A stretch of 32,000 nucleotides of DNA, from positions 270,001 to 302,000 of the forward strand of contig CAVRAI010000001.1 of assembly GCA_963718915.1 (NCBI GenBank). The letters run 5' to 3'. This DNA is from an uncultured Chloroflexia bacterium (GTDB lineage: Bacteria; Chloroflexota; Ktedonobacteria; Ktedonobacterales; JADMIN01). Of this stretch, positions 24,104 to 31,609 are shown piece after piece. Made by a program: the position numbers and the translations under genes. Positions within the stretch are counted from its first letter, which is position 1. Each line of letters begins with the position of its first letter. Under the pieces are notes generated by a model that ran no database searches, was not told the origin of the DNA, and saw only the letters and a program-made list of their open reading frames with translations.

Positions 24104-24940
24104 CTAGCCGCTTTTCTGCGCCTGCTCGTAGAGTTCGCGGAAGCGCGCGCGTCCCCGGCTGAGCATCTGGCGCACGTTGACCTCGGTTGTCGCGAATATC
24201 TCCGCGATCTCGGTCGTGGTCAGTCCGTGCGCCGCCCAGAGCAGCACCGCCGCACGCTGGCGCTCTGGCAGCCGCAGCAGCACCCGATTCACCAGGTCGC
24301 GCTCGGCCAGCGAACGCTCCATGTCGTGAGGGTCCATCAGCGCGGGGCTGGTGTCGTCGTTGGTAGCGTCGTCTACTGTGGCGTCGTCGTGGCCGCCGAA
24401 GATGCGCGATAGATTGATTGGCTGCCGTCTCCTCAGGACATCGAGCGCAAGATTCGTCGCGACGCGAAATAGCCATGCCTGCGGCCGGTCGTAGCCGCCG
24501 ATCACGTCGAAGCGCTGCCAGGCGCGAAAGAAAGCCTCCTGCGCGACATCCAGCGCGGCGTCGTGGGATGGCAGTATCCGCCGCAGGTAGCCATAGAGCG
24601 GACGTTCATACTGCGCGAAGAAGGCATCAAAGGCGGCATCCTCGCCGCCGCTCGGCCCCATCTGATGCGCCATATACGCAGGGTGTGCTGGGGATTGTTC
24701 AGGCTCCGCGCGGGCGTCGCCATCCTTTGCCGCGCCCTCGTCCGCGTCGCCATCCTTTGCCGCGCCCTCGTCCGCGTCGCCATCCTGCCGCCGCGTGCGC
24801 AGGGCAAATGCGCGCGTCACGAGCAGCGGTATCAAGAATGACCGCCGCTCGCGCGCCTTCCAGTGCCAGACGATGCTCAAATCCGCTGCCTCCCGCCGCG
24901 ACACACTGCTTCGCCCATATGCATGATCCACATGACTCAT
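24104..24940 (-). CDS. ECF-type sigma-70 family factor, possibly with an 89-codon N-terminal extension
   Basis: Region 2 (FDAFFAQYERPLYGYLRRIL...DVAQEAFFRAW) and region 4 (LTTTEIAEIFATTEVNVRQMLSR). A conventional-length protein would start at ATG 24673 (MAHQMG). The upstream extension contains the DGDADEGAAK tandem repeat. Confidence 0.85.
   Translation of the reverse strand: MSHVDHAYGRSSVSRREAADLSIVWHWKARERRSFLIPLLVTRAFALRTRRQDGDADEGAAKDGDADEGAAKDGDARAEPEQSPAHPAYMAHQMGPSGGEDAAFDAFFAQYERPLYGYLRRILPSHDAALDVAQEAFFRAWQRFDVIGGYDRPQAWLFRVATNLALDVLRRRQPINLSRIFGGHDDATVDDATNDDTSPALMDPHDMERSLAERDLVNRVLLRLPERQRAAVLLWAAHGLTTTEIAEIFATTEVNVRQMLSRGRARFRELYEQAQKSG
24716..24786. repeat. perfect 30-bp tandem repeat, 2.4 copies
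   Basis: GTCGCCATCCTTTGCCGCGCCCTCGTCCGC at 24716-24745 and 24746-24775, plus 11 nt of a third copy. In frame with the long sigma ORF. Confidence 0.95.
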
Positions 24941-24993
24941 GGGCGCCTTAGTCTAACACGGGTGACAGACGCGGAGTGTGACACCGCGCGCAT

Positions 24994-25038
24994 CTGGCTC
25001 CCCTCTCCCCGTGGGAGAGGGGCTGGGGGTGAGGTCAG
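24994..25038. repeat. dispersed hairpin repeat D1, probable terminator of the nitroreductase gene
   Basis: CTGGCTCCCCTCTCCCCGTGGGAGAGGGGCTGGGGGTGAGGTCAG, with stem 25000-25008 / 25014-25022. It is the near reverse complement of 29473-29517. Confidence 0.6.
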
Positions 25039-25066
25039 GGGCCAGGGGGGTGAGGTTCTGCGACAC

Positions 25067-25726
25067 TCACCAGCCGTCCCAGTGCAGCACATCGTCCAAT
25101 GGCTGGCGCGGCGCGGGCGCGAAGTCGGTTCCCAGCGAATAGGCGACCGGGATGAGCGCCGTCTGGGTAATCTTGTCGAAGGGGATACCAAGCGCGTCGG
25201 CGGCCTCCTGCTCGAAGAAGAGATGCACCGTCGTCAGCGAGGTTCCCAGGCCACGCGCGCGCGCCGCCAGCATGAAGCTCCAGGTGGCGGGCAGGATGGA
25301 GCCCCACGCGCCCGACTGCGCCACACTCGGCTGATTGTCGACGCGCCCCTTGAAGCACGGAATCAGCAGCGCGGGCGCTTCGTGCATATGCTCGGCAAGA
25401 TAGTCGGCGGAGTTGAGGATGCGTAGCTGGGTCGCCGCGCGCTCCGGGTCGCGCGAGAGGCGGTCGGGCGCGTTGATGGGCAGCCCCTTATACAGCGCCC
25501 AGCCGCGCCGATAGATGTCGCCGAGCGCCGCGCGTTTCGCCGCGTCCGTCACGACGACGAAACTCCACGGCTGGCGGTTGCCGCCATTGGGCGCCTGCAG
25601 CGCGATTTCAAGGCACTCGCGAATGACCTCTGGCTCAACCGGCCGCGAGAAATCGAGCCGTTTGCGCACAGAGCGGGTCGTGGTCAGCAGTTCGTCGGGG
25701 GTCAGGGGCAACGTCGGTGTTGGCAT
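25067..25726 (-). CDS. nitroreductase family protein
   Basis: Start at ATG 25726 (MPTPTLPLTPDELL) after GAGGA. TTRSVRKRLDFSRPV...LQAPNGGNRQPWSFVVV is typical of the family. Confidence 0.85.
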   Translation of the reverse strand: MPTPTLPLTPDELLTTTRSVRKRLDFSRPVEPEVIRECLEIALQAPNGGNRQPWSFVVVTDAAKRAALGDIYRRGWALYKGLPINAPDRLSRDPERAATQLRILNSADYLAEHMHEAPALLIPCFKGRVDNQPSVAQSGAWGSILPATWSFMLAARARGLGTSLTTVHLFFEQEAADALGIPFDKITQTALIPVAYSLGTDFAPAPRQPLDDVLHWDGW

Positions 25727-25937
25727 ATGCAATTCCTCAATTCCTGGCCTGACATCGTTCAATACACTGCTCGCACTATACCATCCCTGCTCCAGTCGTG
25801 GCCGCTCGCCGTGCGTCGTATGGAGGCCTCCTGGCGGGTTGATAGCTATCAGACGGTCACGCCGCGCGTGAGTGCGGTATACTGGGCGCACCATTCCTGT
25901 TCGGGTGGATGTGCCATCTTGGAGAGGTCAAGCCTGT

Positions 25938-27086
25938 ATGCAGTGTCGTAATTGCGGGCGCGAACTTGGCGAGGGCAATTATTGTCCCTGGTGCGGCGCG
26001 CACCAGACGGTCAACCGCGAGAGGCATGTCTCGCGCCGTCCCCATGTCTACGCCGCCAATCCGTCGGAGCATGTGCTCCAGCCGAGCATCATCTCAACGC
26101 TTTTTCCCCACCTTGGCCCACGGCGTATGTTTCAGTTGCGCTGGCTGTTGCTTGTGGCCGTCGTCGCGCTGATTGGCATCAGCCTGGGCAAGCTGGTCCC
26201 GCTGGCGATTGTGCTGTCCGCGCTGTTGCTGCCCGTGCTCTATCTGTTCTATTTCTACGATGCGCAGCTTTACGAAGATGAGCCGTTCATCGTGCTGGGC
26301 GCGACGTTCCTGGTCGGCGCGATCCTCGGCGGCGCGATGAGTCTGCTCTTCTACCGCCTGATCCTGAGCCAGTTTCGCGCTGGCTTTGGGCCATCCACAA
26401 ATTACGTGCTGCTGGTCGGCGTTTTCCTGCCGATCATTGGCCAACTCCTGATGTTGATTGGCCCACTTGTTCTCTATATCGCGCGCCGCCAGTTCGACGA
26501 CGTGCTGGATGGGCTGGCGTTTGGCGCGGCGGCTGGCCTTGGCTTCTCGGCCACGCAGAGTATCGCCTATGCGTGGTATCTCATCTCCGGGCCATTCGTG
26601 CAATCCGGGGCAATCTCCGCCTGGGTCTTGCCGACGCTCAAGATTGCGCTCCTCATTCCGCTGCTCGACGCCGCCACCACCGGGCTGATCTGCGCGGCGC
26701 TCTGGCTGCGGCGCGACCGCCAACCCGCCGAACGCACGCGGGGCGCGGTCACCAATCTCGCGCTCGCCATCATCATCGCGCTTCTGGGCCAGATTGCGCC
26801 AGCCGTCGGCAGCACGCTCTGGGGTGGGCCGATTCTCGACCTGCTCTGGTACGGCGGCGCGGTCGTTATCCTGCTGCTGCTGGTGCGCTCGCTGCTGCAC
26901 ATCGGCCTGATCGATAAGGCGCGCCCACTACGCTCTGGCAACGCCGAAGAATGCCCACAGTGCTTCCATCAACTGCACGGCACAGAGGCGTTCTGCCCGT
27001 ACTGCGGCCTTGCCCTCCGGGCGACCCCGCGACGCAGACAACGCACGCGTGCCCCCCGCGCTGGACAGGAGCCATCTGGTGCCTAG
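25938..27086 (+). CDS. PrsW-like polytopic membrane protein flanked by N- and C-terminal zinc ribbons
   Basis: ATG 25938 lies 10 nt after GGAGAGG. CRNCG...CPWCG and CPQCF...CPYCG zinc ribbons. FYFYDAQLYEDEP and LDGLAFGAAAGLGFSATQSIAY resemble PrsW-family motifs as I recall them. Confidence 0.7.
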   Translation: MQCRNCGRELGEGNYCPWCGAHQTVNRERHVSRRPHVYAANPSEHVLQPSIISTLFPHLGPRRMFQLRWLLLVAVVALIGISLGKLVPLAIVLSALLLPVLYLFYFYDAQLYEDEPFIVLGATFLVGAILGGAMSLLFYRLILSQFRAGFGPSTNYVLLVGVFLPIIGQLLMLIGPLVLYIARRQFDDVLDGLAFGAAAGLGFSATQSIAYAWYLISGPFVQSGAISAWVLPTLKIALLIPLLDAATTGLICAALWLRRDRQPAERTRGAVTNLALAIIIALLGQIAPAVGSTLWGGPILDLLWYGGAVVILLLLVRSLLHIGLIDKARPLRSGNAEECPQCFHQLHGTEAFCPYCGLALRATPRRRQRTRAPRAGQEPSGA

Positions 27087-27087
27087 G

Positions 27088-27714
27088 ATGCCAAAGAAAC
27101 GACTGGCGCAGCCGCTGCTCTGGCTGCTGGTGCTGATGAGCCTGGGCGCGTGCGGACTGGGCGCGATCCCGATTCCCGACGCGACGCCGACTCCCTGCCC
27201 GGGCAACTGCCCGCCACCCACTCGCGATAACTCGCAGGCGCACATCGTCAACAATGCCTTTTTTCAGTTGACCTACTTTGATCCCTGGTCGGTGGACTCG
27301 CAGAGCAGCGACAAGAACACTGTCACGCTGATCGCCTCAACCCAGCTTGGCGATGTGACGATGCAACTGCATGGGCAACAGGTCGGCCCTGGCACGAGCG
27401 CCACGACGCTGCTCAACAGCACGGTGCAAAATATCCTCAATGGCGACAACAACTTCACCGATCCGCAGGACTTCGGCGCGATCAAAGGGGCGGAGATTGG
27501 GTATGTGACGGGCGCGGGGCAATCCATCGGGGCATACGCTTCACAGGGCAACGCGCCTCAGGTTCCGATCTTCATCCAGGTGATGGCCAGCGTCCAGAAT
27601 TCGACGGGGATCATCTTCGTCGCCATCAGTCCGCTGGACCCGAACAGCCCCGACCCATCCATCGTGCCGAATGAAGAATACGATCACGTCGTCAATAGCG
27701 TCGTCTGGCGCTGA
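27088..27714 (+). CDS. hypothetical lipoprotein
   Basis: ATG lies 1 nt after the upstream stop. Signal peptide with lipobox LGAC (LLVLMSLGACG). No family motif recognised. Confidence 0.7.
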   Translation: MPKKRLAQPLLWLLVLMSLGACGLGAIPIPDATPTPCPGNCPPPTRDNSQAHIVNNAFFQLTYFDPWSVDSQSSDKNTVTLIASTQLGDVTMQLHGQQVGPGTSATTLLNSTVQNILNGDNNFTDPQDFGAIKGAEIGYVTGAGQSIGAYASQGNAPQVPIFIQVMASVQNSTGIIFVAISPLDPNSPDPSIVPNEEYDHVVNSVVWR

Positions 27715-27736
27715 ATCCTGGCTGGAGGCACCTTTT

Positions 27737-29476
27737 ATGCGCAACAGCGGAAACAACACCGGGAAACGACGCATCTGGCGGGCGACACCCGTGCTGGCAA
27801 TCGCGGCGTTCTCCCTGCTGGCGGCATGCGCCCCATCCGCAAGTCAGCGAACTACACTCGCGCCTATGACGGCGGCCTCGAAGGTCGCCAGCGCGTGCGC
27901 CACGACAACATCCGCATCGGTGCGCCTGGGGCCAAGCGACCCCACCCGCACGCTGACGATCTCGCTCGTGCTGAAGAGTGATTCCGCAGGCCTCGAGGCC
28001 GCGCTTGCCGCGCTCAATGATCCCACATCGCCGGAGTATCACCACTTCCTTTCGCCAGAGGAATATGCCAGGCGCTTCGGCGCGGCCAGCACGACTGTCG
28101 CCAGCCTCGCCGCGACATTGCGCGCCGCCGGGCTGCGCGTGCCGATGGCGACGGCGTCCGCGGGCCTGCTCAACGCGCAGGGAACAGTCGACAAGCTCGA
28201 CGCGCTCTTTGGCGTGCGGCTGGGCGACTACTGCGACAAACACGGCCAACGCTACATCGCGCCGGACGGCGCCCCGCATATACCCGCGTCGCTTGCCGGA
28301 GTCTCCGGTGTGCTGGGGTTGGATACCCGTAGCGTGATACATACGGGCAGCATCGTCGCGCCGCAGCGACCGATGGTGACGGGGGGCAACGGTTTTGGGC
28401 CGACGGAACTGGAGCGCGCCTACAATCTGGGACCGCTGCATCAGGCAGGGTTGACGGGCGCGAATCAGACGGTCGCGCTGCCAGAGATCGACCAGTTTCG
28501 CCGGTCGGACGTGCAATCGTACGATCAGACGTTTGGGCTGCACACAGGCGCGCTCACCGTCACGCCCGTGGCGGGCGGGGCGTCGTCCTCCAGCCCGGAG
28601 CCAGTGCTGGATATCGAGGTGATCCACGCCATCGCGCCCGCCGCGAATATTGATGTCTACGAGAGCCAGTCCGACCTGGGCAGCGTCGCCCAGATGTTCA
28701 GTCAGATTGTCTCAGATAACCACGCGCAGGTCGTCAGCATCAGCCTGGGCGCCTGCGAGAAGGGGCTTGATCCCTCGACATCCCAGAGTTTCTACGATTC
28801 AATCGATAACAGCTTCCGCCAGGCGGCGGCTCAGGGGATGTCGGTGCTGGTGGCGTCAGGGGATTCAGGCGCCTATGGCTGCCAGGACGACAACCTCTCG
28901 GTGCAGGAGCCGTCGTCCAGCCCCTACGTCACCGCCGTCGGTGGCACAGCGCTCTTCACCAACCTCGACGGCAGCTATAGCCGCGAGGCTGGCTGGGAAG
29001 GCCCGCTGGCGGCCTCAGGTGGTGGCGGTGGCGTGAGCGTCGTCTACCAGCAGCCATCCTGGCAGGCTGGCCCAGGCGTCGCCAATCAGTTTTCAGATGG
29101 CGCGCGCCAGGTGCCGGATGTCGCGGCGGATGCCGATCCGCTGACGGGCTATAGCGTCTATTATTCAGGGGATGGCAAATGTAGAGGCAATGACTGCTGG
29201 CAGGTAGTTGGCGGCACCAGTGGCGCGACACCACTGTGGGCGGGCATCGTGCTGTTGGCGAACGAGCTTTCGCGCAGCCATGGCGGCAAGCCACTTGGCT
29301 TGCTCAATCCACGGCTCTACCAGCTCGGCGCCAGCGACCAGGCAAGCCAGGTCTTCCACGATGTGACGATTGGCGGCAATCTCTACTATCCCGCTACGTC
29401 CGGCTGGGACTATAGCACCGGGTGGGGGACGCCGATTGGCGCGCCGCTGGTGGAGGCGCTGGTGAGCCAGGGCTGA
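27737..29476 (+). CDS. S53 (sedolisin/kumamolisin-like) serine peptidase lipoprotein with a pro-domain
   Basis: ATG 27737 follows GGAGG. Lipobox LAAC. Pro-kumamolisin-like N-terminal domain. EPVLDIEV, VLVASGDSGA and GGTSGATPLWAG catalytic-region motifs. Confidence 0.88.
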   Translation: MRNSGNNTGKRRIWRATPVLAIAAFSLLAACAPSASQRTTLAPMTAASKVASACATTTSASVRLGPSDPTRTLTISLVLKSDSAGLEAALAALNDPTSPEYHHFLSPEEYARRFGAASTTVASLAATLRAAGLRVPMATASAGLLNAQGTVDKLDALFGVRLGDYCDKHGQRYIAPDGAPHIPASLAGVSGVLGLDTRSVIHTGSIVAPQRPMVTGGNGFGPTELERAYNLGPLHQAGLTGANQTVALPEIDQFRRSDVQSYDQTFGLHTGALTVTPVAGGASSSSPEPVLDIEVIHAIAPAANIDVYESQSDLGSVAQMFSQIVSDNHAQVVSISLGACEKGLDPSTSQSFYDSIDNSFRQAAAQGMSVLVASGDSGAYGCQDDNLSVQEPSSSPYVTAVGGTALFTNLDGSYSREAGWEGPLAASGGGGGVSVVYQQPSWQAGPGVANQFSDGARQVPDVAADADPLTGYSVYYSGDGKCRGNDCWQVVGGTSGATPLWAGIVLLANELSRSHGGKPLGLLNPRLYQLGASDQASQVFHDVTIGGNLYYPATSGWDYSTGWGTPIGAPLVEALVSQG

Positions 29477-29517
29477 CCTCACCTCCGGCCCCTCTCCTAC
29501 GAGGAGAGGGGAGCCAG
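29473..29517. repeat. dispersed hairpin repeat D2 (inverted copy of D1), probable bidirectional terminator
   Basis: CTGACCTCACCTCCGGCCCCTCTCCTACGAGGAGAGGGGAGCCAG, with stem about 29489-29497 / 29503-29511. It lies between convergent stops at 29476 and 29551. Confidence 0.6.
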
Positions 29518-29550
29518 AGCAGAAGCCTATGTTGTAGTAGCAGGGTAGAC

Positions 29551-30192
29551 TCAGAAGAGGGTCATTTGCTGGGGCGGTTCGTCGTCACTGCTGATGTCGG
29601 ATCGTCCCAGTTTGCCCTCGGCGGCCAGGCGCCGCGCCTCGGCCAGCGCGGCGGGCAGCGCGTGGGTGAAATCGTCTACCACGGTCTGGCGCAGCTCTTC
29701 ACGATGGAGCGCCGCGGCGGGATTGTACATCGCGAGCACGACCCGCCCGCGAACAATCTTCGCCTGGCCGTGCAGCGCGGTGATCGTCCCTTTGGGGAAG
29801 AAGCGCGCCAGCGCAAAGCGCCCCAGCGTGCAGATGAGTAGCGGATCAACCGCCTCGATCTGGCGCGTCAGGTAGGGGGCGCAGGCGGCAATCTCCGCGG
29901 GCAATGGGCTGCGCCCGTCGCTCACCCAGTGCTTGACGATGTTCGTCAGATAGACCTCGCCGCGTTGCAGGTGGGCAAGCGCAAGCAATTCATCGAGGAA
30001 TGGGCCAGTTGGGCCGGAGAATGGATAGCCGCGTTTGTCATCGTAGGCGCTGGGCGCTTCGCCGATGAGCATCACCTCGGCGTGGGAATTGCCGCTGCCG
30101 GGGACACTCTGTGTCGCGTGCTGGTAGAGATCGCAGCGCGTGCAGTCGTGTATTTCGCGGGCTATCGTCGTCAAAACATCCCCTGATAGCAT
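29551..30192 (-). CDS. uracil-DNA glycosylase, family 4
   Basis: CTRCDL...VPGSGNSHAEVMLIGEAPSAYDDKRGYPFSGPTGPFLDELL is the family-4 UDG signature region. Confidence 0.9.
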   Translation of the reverse strand: MLSGDVLTTIAREIHDCTRCDLYQHATQSVPGSGNSHAEVMLIGEAPSAYDDKRGYPFSGPTGPFLDELLALAHLQRGEVYLTNIVKHWVSDGRSPLPAEIAACAPYLTRQIEAVDPLLICTLGRFALARFFPKGTITALHGQAKIVRGRVVLAMYNPAAALHREELRQTVVDDFTHALPAALAEARRLAAEGKLGRSDISSDDEPPQQMTLF

Positions 30193-30341
30193 ATTTGCCT
30201 GTCTTCCTTTGGGCTAGCCTGTCTGTGTGATACATAATATCTGATTCAGCGTAGCACGCGACGGGCCAGTACGGGGAACGCGCCATCGAAACGGCGCCCC
30301 GCATATCACCAGAGGATAGTTGGCAGCGAGGAGGGAATCGG

Positions 30342-31349
30342 ATGGCCAGTATTACGCGATTCTATGCGCTGATACTCAGCACAGTGCTATTGCTCTCTGG
30401 CGTGCCAGGCTTCTTTCCAAATGTCGGATCGTTTCAGGTGCTCGTCTCGTTCTTCGAGCTGACGCTCGTGCATAGCGTGGTTCACGCTGTGGTGGGTCTG
30501 CTTGGCCTGATGATTACAGCGTTGGCAAGCGATCAATCTGTGCGCATTTATACGGTCGGTATCACACTGCTCTACGGCGCGCTGATGGTGGTTGGCTTGA
30601 TCGGCGTGAACTTTGCCCCGATACTCGTTTTCAACAGCGCCGATAACTGGCTGCACGGCTCCATTTTTGTGCTCTCGCTTGGCGTCTTCCTGGCGGGCAT
30701 CGCCGAGGAACGCTTTGGCCAGCGGAAAGCCTATCTCGAAGAAGGTCTGCCGCAAGCCAGGTGGGCGGCGCCTTCTAGTCGTGCCCGCATCACTGCGGCG
30801 GCGCCATCGCAGATGCGGGGAGTCTGGCAGGCGAATATGGACGCCCCTGCCTCCGCACAGGCGCCGTGGAACAACCAGCCACAGTATGACCAGCAGACGC
30901 CAGCCTCCTGGGGGCAGGGATCGTGGCAGCAATGGCAGCAGTATGAGCAGCCGCCAAGCCAGCCGCGCTACCAGCAGCCCAATCAGCCATTCAGTCAGCC
31001 TCTTGATCCTTCACAGGATCCTTCGCGAGACCAGTGGAACCGCGTGCAACGCCACGCGCCCTACCACCAGCCATCGCGCCCCGCCAGTTCGCCATCAAGG
31101 GATCAGCAGCAGTCGAACCCATGGTCACAGAATCCCTCACAGAATCCCTCGCAGAATCCCTCGCAGAATCCCTCGCAGCCGGCTCCGCGTCCGCAGAGCC
31201 AATGGCCGCAGAGTCAGCCTCAGCCGCCACAAGGCCCATCGCCGTGGAGTCCCTGGCCACAAGACTCGCAGCCGCGAGATGGGCAGCGTTCGTCGCAGGC
31301 GCGCGAGCAATGGCCGCTGGACGAGTGGGATTCCCGTCCGTTGCAGTGA
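30342..31349 (+). CDS. DUF4383-like membrane protein with a long Gln/Pro/Ser-rich disordered C-terminal tail
   Basis: GAGGAGGG before the ATG. Four hydrophobic spans in the first ~125 aa. A ~200-aa Q/P/S/W-rich low-complexity tail follows. Confidence 0.75.
   Translation: MASITRFYALILSTVLLLSGVPGFFPNVGSFQVLVSFFELTLVHSVVHAVVGLLGLMITALASDQSVRIYTVGITLLYGALMVVGLIGVNFAPILVFNSADNWLHGSIFVLSLGVFLAGIAEERFGQRKAYLEEGLPQARWAAPSSRARITAAAPSQMRGVWQANMDAPASAQAPWNNQPQYDQQTPASWGQGSWQQWQQYEQPPSQPRYQQPNQPFSQPLDPSQDPSRDQWNRVQRHAPYHQPSRPASSPSRDQQQSNPWSQNPSQNPSQNPSQNPSQPAPRPQSQWPQSQPQPPQGPSPWSPWPQDSQPRDGQRSSQAREQWPLDEWDSRPLQ
31125..31178. repeat. 12-nt tandem repeat (TCRCAGAATCCC x4 plus a partial copy) encoding SQNP repeats
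   Basis: Read directly. It encodes SQNPSQNPSQNPSQNPSQ within the tail of the 30342-31349 product. Confidence 0.9.
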
Positions 31350-31537
31350 CCGCGCGCCGAACCACATCACACCTCGCAAAAATACCTGTTTCACTACGCA
31401 AACGCGCTGAAATCTCCTCGTGGCGCGATGCAATCTGCGACTATACGGGCAGAACTGCGTAGTCAGAGAGGGGTATGTCACCGCGCCGCCGCCTATCGCG
31501 ACGCGCGGGCGCATCCCTGCCAGTTGGTGACGACAAG

Positions 31538-31577
31538 ACATTGTTCATCCGATACAGTCGATACAGTCGAACAATGT
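31538..31577 (+). promoter_or_regulatory. 9-bp inverted repeat enclosing two tandem 9-mers, upstream of the TerC-family gene
   Basis: ACATTGTTC (31538-31546) / GAACAATGT (31569-31577), with GATACAGTC GATACAGTC (31551-31568) in the loop. It ends 33 nt before ATG 31610. Confidence 0.35.
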
Positions 31578-31609
31578 GAGAGATGCTCTAGACGGACAGG
31601 TAGCGATAG

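Noticed and set aside
24716-24786. CRISPR-like repetition; also considered for 31125-31178 and the hairpin repeats.
   Set aside because: The repeats are directly tandem with no spacers (30-nt and 12-nt units). There are no cas genes, and the dispersed hairpin repeats are single copies kilobases apart.
31350-31609. yybP-ykoY (Mn2+) riboswitch, expected upstream of a TerC-family gene. GAGGGGTATG and CAAGACA faintly resemble the conserved GGGGAGUAG and CAAGAC loops.
   Set aside because: The sequence before the 5' motif (CAGAGAG) is not complementary to that after the 3' motif (ATTGTTC), so the P1.1 closing helix cannot form. The GGGGAGUAG loop is not intact. Only a covariance-model search could rescue this call.
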